NCBI GenBank assembly: GCA_951406725.2
Contig: OX597814.1
Coordinates: 128,526,001-128,590,000 of the forward strand
Origin: Octopus vulgaris
Lineage: Eukaryota
Length of the DNA: 64,000 bases
Direction: 5' to 3'
Part shown: positions 1 through 12,289 of the stretch, piece after piece
Layout: the number at the start of each line of letters is the position of its first letter
How positions within the stretch are numbered: the first letter of the stretch is position 1
Notes under the pieces: generated by a model
What the model was told of the DNA's origin: nothing
The model's database searches: none
What the model saw: only the letters and a program-made list of their open reading frames with translations
Made by a program: the position numbers and the translations under genes

Positions 1-269
1 GTCTCTAAGCAGAGATAATTTCAATAAATCAAGAACTTATCTTGTATGGTATTTAATGTACCCTTATCCAACTTTATGGTTCAAATAACATGCGGCATCC
101 AGCTGTAAAAACTGCCAAAAACAGACTAGAGAGTATGATGCACCTCAAACCTCAGATCCTCATGCTGTAGAACATTTGCAAATCTCTTACCTTCAGCTAT
201 TCTTTTTGCTGTGTAAACCTGACACCTAGCTGTCTTTTTGGGTACCTGATATAGGTGATAGAAGTCATA

Positions 270-720
270 TGACTGCAATAACTGGCATATACATGTGCAT
301 GCATATGGAGCAGGGTGATATCGTGTGTAGTGTTGGTGAATTTCAGGAAGCATGGAGGTTTTAAAGGACGCAATATCTCAGCAGCTAACAACTGATGCAG
401 GTAGTTTGTTCCATGCTTCAGCAAGTGTGAAAGTCATTGGAGCTGTGCTGTTTTCTGACTTTGTAGGCATGCCTACATGTGTTAGACATATGGAGCTCAA
501 AAAGGTGCTTAAGGTGGTTGTTGGCACAATGGTTAATAATTTTGTGGGTGTTTACCAAGTCAGTTGCCAGATGGTGGAGCTTCACTGTATGCTCAGGAAG
601 CTAGGCGTTCAGAGTATGGTAGATACTTGATAGAGGGTATTCGTTTGGTTACATGTCTCTGAACAGTTTCCAGGTGATGCAAATTCCAAATGTGGCCACA
701 CCACAGCCATATATAGCTGA
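270..720 (-). mobile_element. 3' fragment of a CR1/L2-group LINE
   Basis: Minus strand gives decayed HLEFAS..., HAYKVRKQHS and AWNKLPASVV, typical of CR1/L2 ORF2 C-termini. Homologous to 18575-18925. Confidence 0.65.
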
Positions 721-859
721 CAAAGGTCTTCTCTATAGTAGAAGACACTTACCCAAGGTGCTGTGTAGTAGGAGAGAACTTGAAACCATGTGATTGCAAA
801 GCAAGCTTCTTAACCACACAGCAATGCTTGTACTTATGTTGTTAAAGGTTTAAGAGGAA

Positions 860-1083
860 CTCTTTACTCTTTTACTTGTTTCAGTCATTTGACTGTGGCC
901 ATGCTGGAGCACCGCCTTTAGTCGAGCAAATTGATCCCAGGACTTATTCTTTGTAAGCGTAGTACTTATTCTATCGGTCTCTTTTGCCAAACCACTAAGT
1001 TACGGGGACGTAAACATACCAGCATCGGTTGTCAAGCGATGTTGGTGGGACAAACACAGACACACAAACATATACACACACAC

Positions 1084-1130
<47 letters not shown>

Positions 1131-1295
1131 TACGACAGGCTCCTTTCAGTTTCCATCTACCAAATCCACTCACAAAGCTTTGGTCGGCCCGAGTCTATAG
1201 TAGAAGACACTTGCCCAAAGTGCCTCTCAGTGGGACTGAACCCAGAACCATGTGGTTCATAAGCAAGCTACTTACCACACAGCCACTCCTACGCC
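860..1295 (-). mobile_element. tRNA-derived SINE family A with internal (TA)/(TG) tract and (TAAAAGAG)n tail
   Basis: Head ggcgtaggagtggctgtgtggtaagtagcttgct...ggttcagtccc (A/B-box-like). Many copies in the window. Confidence 0.8.
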
Positions 1296-1448
1296 TGTTT
1301 GTCATTGGTTCTCATATGAGACAGAACTAAAACAAATTAAGACATGCTCCATCATAAATTTATTAAGGCAGCTTGTTAAAGCAAAGATGAACATGCTAAT
1401 ATTTTACAAGCATGGATAACAATGTTTGAGGAATTGGTTGTTGTTTAA

Positions 1449-1668
1449 CCCTTTAGCATTCAGATTACTCTGTCAAATGTAAAGCCTGTTTAATCACATG
1501 GTTTTAAATTAATTGTACAGCATCTTGTAACTCTGAGATTTTGATGATGTCCCTGTTTATTTTTAGAATGACTTTGTAGGGTAGGTGTGAGAGGTCAGAG
1601 CTGGCTGGTTTGAGCATATAACAGGAAGGCAATTTTAGCCTGGTATGACCAGTTTAAACACTAAAGGG
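1449..1668. mobile_element. TTAA-flanked MITE family 1 (piggyBac-type ends CCCTTTAG...CTAAAGGG)
   Basis: TTAA-CCCTTTAGCATT ... CTAAAGGG-TTAA, 220 bp. Homologous to 23781-24381 and 54469-55015. Confidence 0.75.
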
Positions 1669-3427
1669 TTAATCTCAGATAAGCCTTAACCAAATAGAAC
1701 TACAATCATAGACATTGTATCCAGAATATTCATTACATCCTTACTTTTTTACAGTAGTAAGGGTGTGGTTTGATATAGATTTAGCTGATATTTCTAAAAC
1801 ATAGAACCTCCTTCATTAACTCATAATGGTTTGGTTTTCTATATAAATTGAAATGATAAATATTTTTCTCTAACACTATATAACTCAGTGAAAGTTAGTG
1901 AAATATAATGGAAAACTATTAGTAATTACTGTATCTTGTTTTTCAAAATTTTTTTTTATGGCCATTATATATTAATTAATTATTAATGTAATAGAATTGA
2001 TAAAAGCTATCTCAGCTATTGATCTTGTTGTGGAAGTGTCAGAAGTTCAATAAGCTGTTAACCTGATGTAGACAGGTCAGCATTAGCAAGGTACAGGTCC
2101 TAACTTACTGAGGCCAGACACATTTTAGAATATGTCTGATCACAAGGTTTACTACTACATTGTCGCCGTCATCGTCTTCGTCATCATCATCATCATCATC
2201 ATCATTTAATGTCAGGTTTCCTATGCTGGTATGGGTTTGTTAGTTTGACTGAGTTTGATGATTTGAAGAACTGCATCTTGCATCAATGTCTACTTTAGCT
2301 TGGTTTCTATGGCTGGATGTCCTTCCTAATGTCAACCATTTTACAGTGTAGTGGGTGCTTTTTATGTGCCACCGGCACAGGACCCAGAGGAGGCTAGCAA
2401 CGGCCACGATCGGTTGGTGCTTTTTACATGTCACCGACACGGATGCCAGTCAGGTGGCACTGGCATCTACCACGTTCAGATGGTGCTTTTTACGTGCCAC
2501 TGACACAGGTATCACAACTACAATTTCCATTTGATTTTTATTTTGATGTTGGTGTTGATGTACTTGACTCAATAGGTCTCCTCAAGCACAACGGTCACTC
2601 TACAATCCAAGGTTAGCACTTCTTGAACTTAAACTTACACAACTGTACTTTGGCCTTTTGGAACACTTTCAAATGCACCTTTTTTGTAAAATATAGTAAT
2701 GTGTAGTAATTTATTACATGGACTATTGGGATATCTCTGAATACTAAATGTTCGTATGGTATTTGATGCAAACATATTTATTCAAGTGTTTTCTGCCCAA
2801 TGGCCAGATAAAGGATAGCTCAGTATTGTCAGCTCATAAAACATTGACTTATCTATTCCTTTTAAATACATTTCAATATGAATATTTGATCATTGTTGTT
2901 ATACATCAACAGAGAACATTTTCTCCCTTCAGGCAATCACTGGTGTTTTGGCCTCATTGTGTGTCTCTTCAGTAGAAGCTTCTCCACACTGATGTCTCTC
3001 ACAAGGGCCTGAGCTCTTATAAGAATCAGCAAACAAATTATTTGTTAGAGCATGCAGATGTCTGCCAAACATAGTAATCCATAAGATGCAAGTAGAATAG
3101 TGAAAATTCAAACAATAACATATCCGTGCCGGTGGCACGTAAAAAGATCCATCCGAACATGGCCGATGCCAGCACCGCCTTGACTGGCTTCTGTGCCGGT
3201 GGCATGTATAAAGCACCAACTGATCGTGGCCGCTGCTAGCTCCCCACCCGCACCTGTGCCGGTGGCACGTAAAAAACACCCACTACACTCATGGAGTGGT
3301 TGGCGTTAGGAAGGGCATCCAGCTGTAGAAACACTGCCAGCTCAGACTGAAACCTGGTGCAGCATCCTGGCTTCCCAGACCCCAGTCGAACCATCCAACC
3401 CCTGCTAGCATGGAAAATGGATGTTAA

Positions 3428-3464
<37 letters not shown>

Positions 3465-4057
3465 TATCCATACATTCTTAATATGTTCTGGTAGATTCCA
3501 ATATGAATATATTCTCTGATGGTGAATAACAACAGTGGTCTGATATTCACACTTGAATCTGCAAGAACATATTGAGAATGAATACATTATTGTCTGGATT
3601 CTTACTGTTCTTCATGTACCACATGAATCATTAATAAAACATTCTTTTATTAGAACTCCCACAGCTTACAGTGCTCTTTTAACTGTATCCTTTCAAAGCT
3701 AAGTGAACTGGGCCACCATAAATTGTATTTTTTCACAGATTCTGTGAAGTGTTGATAACAAGATTTTGCATTATATTTTATCACATAATCAAAAATAAAA
3801 AAAAACAAAAAAGCAGTAGCCATTAATCTTTTCAGGGTCTCCAAATTTAGTGGAAACCTTCTTGCAATAGTGGACTCCACTAAAAACATATATGGACCAA
3901 ATTGTGGTGTTCAAGCTAATGATGGATTAAGCCTACCATCCAAAAAATACACATGTATACAACACACACTTGGAAATAGAGACTTGAACATCAGCCTTTC
4001 ATATACACACACTTACAGTCTCATACACTATATCTCTACCCCTCTCTCACTCAATTA

Positions 4058-4603
4058 TTGGGTTGTCTGGAAAGTTCATGCCGGTTTATAGTAGCTTACC
4101 TTTCGACTTATTTTAGAACATGGTTGAGTCCATAAAATAGGATTTGATGACACCTCCGCTTAGAGCACAGTTTAAGCTATCTTTTCCTATAACCTGTGTT
4201 AATTCTGTAATCCTTTAAAATGGAAGATAAGAAAGTTCATTTTCGGCACTTGATGCTTTAGGAACCATACAAAAATTGTTGCAGCTTTGCTGGGATGTGT
4301 TACCCCACCCTCCATATTCACCAGATATTGCTCCTTTGGATTTCCACTTATTCAGGTCTCTGCAGAATAGTCTTAATGGTAAAAATTTCAATTCCTTGGA
4401 TGACGTAAAAAGATACCTTGATGAATTCTTTGCCATGAAACCACCTCAATTCTGGGAAGAGGGTATTTTCAAGTTAAAGGAAAGATGGAGACGCATTGTG
4501 CAACAAAATGATTCATATTTGGTTGATTAAAAATGGAATGGCAAGTATTTATTGACCTTTTTCTTTCCTTTAAAAATCGAAATGAACTTTCCGGACAACC
4601 GAA
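4058..4603 (+). mobile_element. Internally deleted mariner (Tc1/mariner) element
   Basis: TA-flanked imperfect ~28-bp TIRs (ttgggttgtctggaaagttcat / atgaactttccggacaaccgaa). ORF 4276-4530 encodes a transposase C-terminus, HPPYSPDIAPLDFHLFRSLQNSL...GIFKLKERW. Confidence 0.9.
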
Positions 4604-5109
4604 TACAAACACACTCACATACACATAATACTGATACATTATATGCACTTAAAGGCATGTGTACACACACATACAATATACATATTTGTGTTGAGTAGGA
4701 CCTTTTTGCTTTATAGCTTATTTAACCAGTATTGAGTCCTCTGTCAATAAATGTTCTGCCATTAAAGAAATGTCAATTTAACATAAATATCATGTACTGT
4801 AAGATCTTCTGCAAACACATGCTGTGATATGCATTTACAGCCCCACAGTTACACATATGTCACACTTGAAAGCAGACTCATTCTCACATATACACACTCA
4901 TACACCTATGTACAACACAACAAACTTAACTCCATGAATGGACGAGATTCTATATGGTTGCTTGATCTGCTAAAAGTAGCAGCTAAATCTCCACCAAATC
5001 ACACACTCTACCATCTTTGAAAAAAAGACGCACTGAATACTGTAGTCCTTGATATTCTGTTCCTAAATATATGGTAAATTAGATACAAATTTAAGTAAAT
5101 GCTGTTTAT

Positions 5110-5520
5110 AGGTGTAGGAGTGGCTGTGGTAAGTAGCTTGCTTACCAACCACATGGTTCCAGGTTCAGTCCCACTGCGTGGCACCTTGGGCAAGTGTCTT
5201 CTACTATTGCCTCGGACTGACCAAAGCCTTGTGAGTGGATTTGGTAGACAGAAACTGAAAGAAGCCCATCATATATATGTATATATATATATATATATAT
5301 TTGTATGTATGTGTGTGTTTTTTTGTCCCCCCAACATCGCTTGACAACCGATGGTGGTGTGTTTACATCCCCATAACTTAGCAGTTCGGCGAAACAGCCT
5401 GATAGAAAAAGTACTAGGCTTACAAAGAATAAGTCATGGGGTCGATTTGCTCAACTAAAGGCGGTGCTCCAGCATGGCCACTGTCAAAAATGACTGAAAC
5501 AAGTAAGAGTAAAAGAGTAA
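5110..5520 (+). mobile_element. SINE family A, full length
   Basis: Same head, ttgggcaagtgtcttctacta core, TA tract and gaaacaagtaagagtaaaagag tail. Confidence 0.8.
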
Positions 5521-6786
5521 AGTAGTCTAAGAGAAATGTAGAGTTGTTACAAGCAAAATATAATGGTTTCAAATTTTGGCACAAGGCCAGCAATTTTGGG
5601 GGAGGGGCCTAATTGATTACATTGACCCCAGTACTCCAACTGGTACTAATTTAATCAATCCCGAAAGGATGAAAGGCAAAATCAACCATATCAGAATTCA
5701 AACTCAGAATGTGAAGACAGACGAAATGGTGCCAAACATTTTGCCTGGCATGCTAATGATTCTGCCAGCTTGCTGTTGCCTTACATGCAAGGTATAATAA
5801 TAAAATCATGTTTAGGAACAGTCTGAGAAAGTGTGATGTACAAGTGTGTGTGTGTGTGTGTGGAAAGATGTTAAAGAACGATTCTTTATATCTGAATTGA
5901 AATCGTTATAAAAGTGCAGCCTTGCAACATTCTAGTAATGTCAGCTAACAAACAAAATCTGCTGTGGGTAGAGGAATAAGGAATAGAGAACTAGTTCTTG
6001 GTGGTATTTTAGTTTCTAGTGAATAAAAAGGAAAAAGAAAGCATTTGCTGGAAAGTTTTCAAAAAATGTGAATATACATTTTGCTGTAATGAAAATAAAA
6101 ATAACTAATTACAAATTAAAGTTTTTTCTTGAAATACTATTTCTTATAAAAAAATGAAGTTATGTACACACGCACACATACACATTGAGTGTGTTGTTAA
6201 TATGACTGGTGTTTTGTGATCATGCACTGCTAACTTAATTAAATTGTTCTTCAGTCCCAGGTGATCTTTAAATAAAGACATTCCAGCTGTAACCATTCCA
6301 TCTTTATTTCAAAACTGAATCTTGGACTGTTATCTGTGTGTCCTTCCTTTTATGATGGTAATGAGTTGAGGGAGCTTTAGCTGCTATTTCTAGCAGACCA
6401 AATTGATCAGTAATTTCATTACTGTCCTTGATGTTACATTGGGAAAACTGGAATGAGAATATTACCAGCTTTCTTTAATACAATTGTTCATGTGTCTATA
6501 AAAACCTGTATTGTTTTTTTTTAATCTTGTGTGATATGTCCATATGTTGAGCTCACTGAGTCTGTACTTTTTTGTTGTGGTTTATGGTTTTAGTTTACTC
6601 ACATTTGTCAAGTTCAAATTCACCAAAGTCAACTTTGCCTTTCCATCCTTCCAATGTCAATAAGTTGAAGAACCTGCTAAGTACTGGAGCCTATTTGATT
6701 AACTAGCCCTTCCTTCAAATTTCATGCTTTGTGTCTATGTCAGAGACAATTACTAAGGACGGTTGATTAGCAGATTTATTAAAGTA

Positions 6787-7168
6787 CTAGCAGTATAGCC
6801 CAGCGTTGCTCGGGTTTGTTTTCTTTTCGACCCTTTAGAATTGGAATTTTTGAAAAGTAAACATTTTGCATTATGTAGCTTGTTATTCTCTTTAAGTGAA
6901 CATTTTTCTGGTTGAAATACACCAAAAAATGGTGACACAGCAGTCAAAAAATAGGGATTTTCGTAGAAAAAAGCACCTTTTTGATGTAAATAATTTTTGG
7001 TCTTAACATGGTCCGATTTGAATTTTTTCTACGGAATGAAGAGCAAGTCTTCTTCTATCATACTCTCAATTTTGGACAACTTGTGCCGCAAGGTCTCGGA
7101 GGAGATAGTGTTAGTTGAAGGCTACCAAACCTGACACACACAGACAACTTCAGCTTTATATATAAAGA
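6787..7168 (-). mobile_element. Non-autonomous Helitron
   Basis: Minus strand begins TC (tctttatatataaag), ends in a GC-rich hairpin (cccgagcaacgctggg) plus CTAG, and is inserted between A and T with no TSD. Confidence 0.75.
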
Positions 7169-10100
7169 TTAGAGAAAATGTATTGTGTGATTTGTTACAG
7201 CACTTTACATTCTGAATTCAACAAAATAGAGTACCAGTCCATACTGGGGTAAATGTAATTTACTAACTTCCTTCACTCAGAAACGCTAGCCTTCTGCCTA
7301 AATTAGAAACAATTAATATTAGCAGTAGCATTAAGTCTCAGCAGGATGTACTGTCCTGCTCACATTCACTTTTATATTTTGAGGGTACATCCTGACAATT
7401 CATCATCACCATTTCCACTCCTTTTCCAGCTGGGATAGCCATGTATCTCCTCTATAGAAAGATACATAAGACAGTGAGCTGGGAGAAACGTTAGGACGCT
7501 GGACGAAATGCCTAACGGTATTTCGTCTGTCTTTACATTCTGAGTTCAAATTCCGCCGAGGTCAACTTTGCCTTTCATCCTTTTGGGGTTGATAAATTAA
7601 GAACCAGTTACGCACTGGGGTCGATGTAATCGACTTAAACTATTTGTCTGTCCCCTCTATGTTTAGCCCCTTGTGGGCAATAAAGAAATAAGACACCTGT
7701 TCCTGTCCTTCTATCATATTCTTGCTTCTCAACATTTGGCAAAAAACCACTACCCTTAATACTACACCCCTTACACTCAAGGCGTATTTTCTTGTGGACT
7801 ATTAGGTGACCCCACAAGTGCCAATGACACACAAAAAGGCATCCAATACACTCTAAAGTGGTTGGCATTAGGAAGGGTATCTGTTCTTACAAACCATGCC
7901 AAAACAGACATTGGGCTTGATACAAACCCCTGATCTGTTGGATCATGTCAAACCATCCATTTCCTGCCAGCAGGGAGGAATACAGACTCTAAATGATAAT
8001 GTAATAAATGTGGTAAATGTTCATGAAGTTGGAAATCACTTTTTGTTTTTGGCTGGCAAAGAATAAAATGTATTTAATACAAATTGTGATTAGTTGAATT
8101 CTTGCAGGTTTGTGGATAAGAGGAAAGTCAAAGCAGGAAAGATGCTTGAAGGGAACAGTTCTAGGAAAGAAAAACTGGGCAAAGTTGGTTTAATAATGAA
8201 AGAAACAGAAGGCTAATCTAAGGAGATAAAACAGGTCAATTACTAAGATTTATATGTAAAAATGGGAAATAGTCAGCAAGTTTAGGACAGAGACAGTTAT
8301 AGTAAAGGTAGAAAGCAGCATTTTACTTTTTTATGTAAAAAAGTAGTTTAGAATGTATATGCATACAGTAAGCTGCAATGCCCGAATGTGAGAGTACTTT
8401 AGAATAAAGCATATTTGTTGTAAATGGTTTATCATATGTTCACAGGGTTGAAATATATTTCCTGCTAAAGAAAGGAAACCCAGCCTTTGTGATGGTCAGG
8501 ATAGTTTGTCTCATTCATAAGGTGTGCAAATAGGGTTTAACTGTGTTAAAAATCAAATGAATATTGTGCTGAAATGTGTAACTAATTGTTAATGCTATCA
8601 AGTTCTCAGTCTTGGATGTTTTAAATGTTGCTTGCTATTCATAGACTTCCTGAATGCTTGTAAGTTGTGGTGAAAGAAGCATGTGTGAGAAGAGAAGAAT
8701 TTGGTTATTAGCCTATGTGTTTGTGTTGTTAGTATGACATTAAGTTGGTGATTAAACAATCCCTGAATGCAATGTGAGTTGATAATGAGTACTTTATCAA
8801 ACATACTGCAGTGCAGAAATCTGACAGGAGAGATTTTCTTTTATATATTTAAATGATTAGTGACAAGTGGAGCTGTCCATAATGAATTACCCTGGCCTAT
8901 TTTATTCTGGAAGTTATATAACTATTCACAAACTATTAAGACCTGTGGATTTGTTAGGAATATTTTTGTTGTACAGATTTAAAGAAAATGTTTTATAACG
9001 TTTATATAGAAACCTCATAAACAGAGATCTTTGTTAGAGTCAACCTAATTAATGCTGCTTGTGATTATAGTGAAAATATAAATTATAGTTACAAAAGGTA
9101 TATAAGCCCAGAGAAGTGTTACCTTTATTTTAAATTGCAATTTGTGAACAATAGTTTTGTTGGTTTCCAATGGGCCAATCATTTCAACATTGAATCTCTG
9201 ATAGTAAGTGTGACAAGGGGGTGTCTGTTAATTTGGTTCAAAGAGCACTGGTTTTTCAATAATACACAATCACATTTAAACACATAGCTTACACTGGGTA
9301 CATCTTATGGAGTTTCTACCTACACCTTTTCTATAGATTGAACAGGGCCACCTACCTGGTGGTGGTGGGGGTGATGTGTTCACCTTCCTACTTACTAGAA
9401 CTTTGGTCTTTGCAACACTGACTCTAATACACAAACGGCCATTGGATCAGAACAAATAGTTTTTAAAAGTTTTTTAGCCAAATTGCTAAAATGATTTAAA
9501 AATTATTTTAAATCATATATACAATAGGTCTTCATAGTTTCAATTTACCAAATTTTATTCACATATTACTGGTCCACTCAAGATAGAAATATTTGCTGAA
9601 AGTGCTGTGGCATGGAAGAATCATGTGGTTATAGAGTGAATTTTCTAATCACACAACCATACTTCTAACAATGTCGACTATAAAGAGTTTCTCTCTGTGT
9701 GCAACAGACAGATTGTGTATGAAGCATGTTTAAAAGGTATTTTACTTAACTGAGTGCAGAATATCTAGAAAAAAAAAATGGTAAGATTTTGGTTGAGTAT
9801 GATCTAAGCAACATTAATTTCCAGGAAATGAAGGGTGCTTTGAAGCATTACTTATGCTGGAGACATAGGTGTATGGATAAACTCTGGTTATATGATAGTG
9901 AAAGGTAGTCTTGGTAGAAGAAAAGACAAATCCCAGGCCAACCATGCCAGTATGGGTGTTACCATGATTTACTAAACTGATTGTTGAATTAACTCAGGAT
10001 AGTTTTCTCTAATTCAGTAAGAAGCACCATCTTAAGCCAACTCTTGTTTATTTTATTCAAATGGGCACAATTAGATTTCAAAACATATTCTACTGATTGT

Positions 10101-10347
10101 TTTAATATAAACAACTTAGATTAACACACTCACACTTAATGTATAATGATTTTTCAGCAAACATTTTGAACTTAAAAACTGTTTAAATATTCACTTCCAT
10201 TTTGTTATTTTGTGGTGAGTAGTGATTATTTCGTGTAGAAACCAGTGAATGATAGTCTGAATTGTAACCCCTTCCATTTTCTGGAATTTTGATATCTGTG
10301 ATTGTCACTTTAAAACCAAAGAATCCATGCCTATGTAAGAAATCAAT

Positions 10348-10602
10348 TTATTTATGCGCCCTTTTCAAGCCTAGCCAGGCTCATAGGCCCGGTTTTCTGG
10401 TTTCTGTGGCATATGTGTTCCCCCCAGCTGGACAGAACGCCAGTCCATCACAGCGTTACTCATTTTTGCCAGATGAGTGGACTGGAGCAACGTGAAATGA
10501 AGTGTTTTGCTCAAGAACACAACGCGTTGCCTGGTCCAGGAATCAAAACCACAATCTTACGATCATGATGCTGACACCTTAACCACTAAGCCACGCGCCT
10601 CC
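10348..10602 (-). mobile_element. SINE family D (tRNA head, V-SINE-like gatggactggcg..tgtccag domain) with a perfect 15-bp TSD
   Basis: Head ggaggcgcgtggcttagtggttaagg...gattcc. TSD atgtaagaaatcaat at 10333-10347 and 10603-10617. Confidence 0.85.
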
Positions 10603-10827
10603 ATGTAAGAAATCAATACTTGCCTTATTTGAAACTCAAAGCTAATGATATACATTTTCATTTTGCATTACATTAATATAAATTTAGAAAAATTTTATGA
10701 TTTAATGGATAAAATGGATGAAATTTGCATATTACTGGACGACTTACAAACTAAATGAAGTGTAAAAAGAGTTTATTGCAACTTTTATTTTCTCTGGGCA
10801 ACAGAAATAGAAAAAAACACCTGGTTT

Positions 10828-10863
<36 letters not shown>

Positions 10864-12283
10864 ACACACACATTTTTGGAAACGGCCATTGGATCAGAAC
10901 AAATAGTTTTAAAAAGTTTTTCTTAGCCAAATTGCTAAAAATTTTGTTGTTTTAAAACAAGCAGTTTTTAAAAAATTATAAGTTGACTCAAAAAATTAAT
11001 AATTAGATGAGAAGTAAAGCAATCAGCTTTTTCTTATTTATTTGACCTGTAAGAAAAAAAAAATATATGCACATGTTCAATGAGAAAGTGGTCTAACTAA
11101 GTCATAACATTTGCTTCAAAATTGTTTATTGTTGGTAGAGTTTGTTAATTCTCAATTCTGTTACATGCTTGTTCTCAGTCTCCAAGTAGAGGATAAAAAG
11201 CTGTAGGATACAAGACCATAACAGTTCTTAATCAGATGTTTTGCTTAAGATACTTTCAGTAGGTGGCACTAAGATACCAATATAAAAGAAAATAGAGAGA
11301 AATGGGGTGGGATAGGGTAGGGGGAGGGAGAGAAACCTTATAATGAATATTAATGTAAATGAAAAATACATTAGAAAAATAAAAGAATCTGCTTAAATGA
11401 AGTGGGTTACAAAAATAATTTTTCTTTTGGAAAAGGAGAAAATAATAAAAGAATGACAATTTAAAATGCCAGTGGGCAGAAGATAAAATAAAAGAAAATA
11501 GTAGTGGAAAAATAAATACCACAGAGCTATTCTAAGTAATATCATTCATATCTAAAGAATGTATAAAGAGTAAATTAGCAACATTGTAGTAAATATCTCA
11601 TATTGCAAATCACAGTCAAGGAAATAACTTAGAAATTTTTTAAAAAAACCCAAATAAATAAATAAATAAATAAATAAAATCTCTGAAATATGGTCAAATA
11701 TATGGAGAGGGAGATGATAGTAATAATCCATTCAGAAATGTTAGGATGACAAACTGCCATTACCGAGAGTTATTAAAAAAATTTAGCAACTAAATTTCTT
11801 TATTAGCCATAATGAAATAAGGAAATGACAAGGGGCCCACAAATGTTGAAATGCTGTGCTGGAGTAGGCCAGTGTAACCCACACTAGCACATTTTATATA
11901 TACATGTATATATTTTGATGTAAAATGATGATCAACCCATAAATTTCTGAAAGGAATACTATAATAGACTCGGGTGATGTATAAAAGAGATGAAGAAAAA
12001 TTAAGCTCAGAGAAAGTGTGAGGATGTAGAAATTCTAAGGATACTAAAATGTTAAAGACTTTCAATAAAACCTTGGAGTGAAAATAAATATAATGGTGTG
12101 GTGTGTGTGAGTTAGTGTTATATGTGAGTAGCATTGATGATCTGGTATCACTATCTTCACCCTAATGGAGACAAATGGAAGATGAATTTACTATGTGTGT
12201 ATGCATTGGTTTATGAATTCTACAATGAATTCAGCTATGAGTTACACCCTGAGTACAATGATAAAATCACACTCTCTTAAAAA

Positions 12284-12289
12284 TTTATT
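12284..12289 (-). promoter_or_regulatory. Candidate polyadenylation signal (AATAAA) for PPM1D, implying a ~2.5 kb 3' UTR
   Basis: AATAAA on the minus strand followed by a GT/T-rich tract (gagagtgtgattttatcattgt), within a U-rich, repeat-free stretch downstream of the stop codon. Other AATAAA sites also exist. Confidence 0.35.

Noticed and set aside
5110-5185. tRNA genes at SINE heads (also ~10530-10602 and 54735-54806)
   Set aside because: They have A/B-box-like heads but continue into SINE bodies with tails and TSDs, and no complete cloverleaf is evident.
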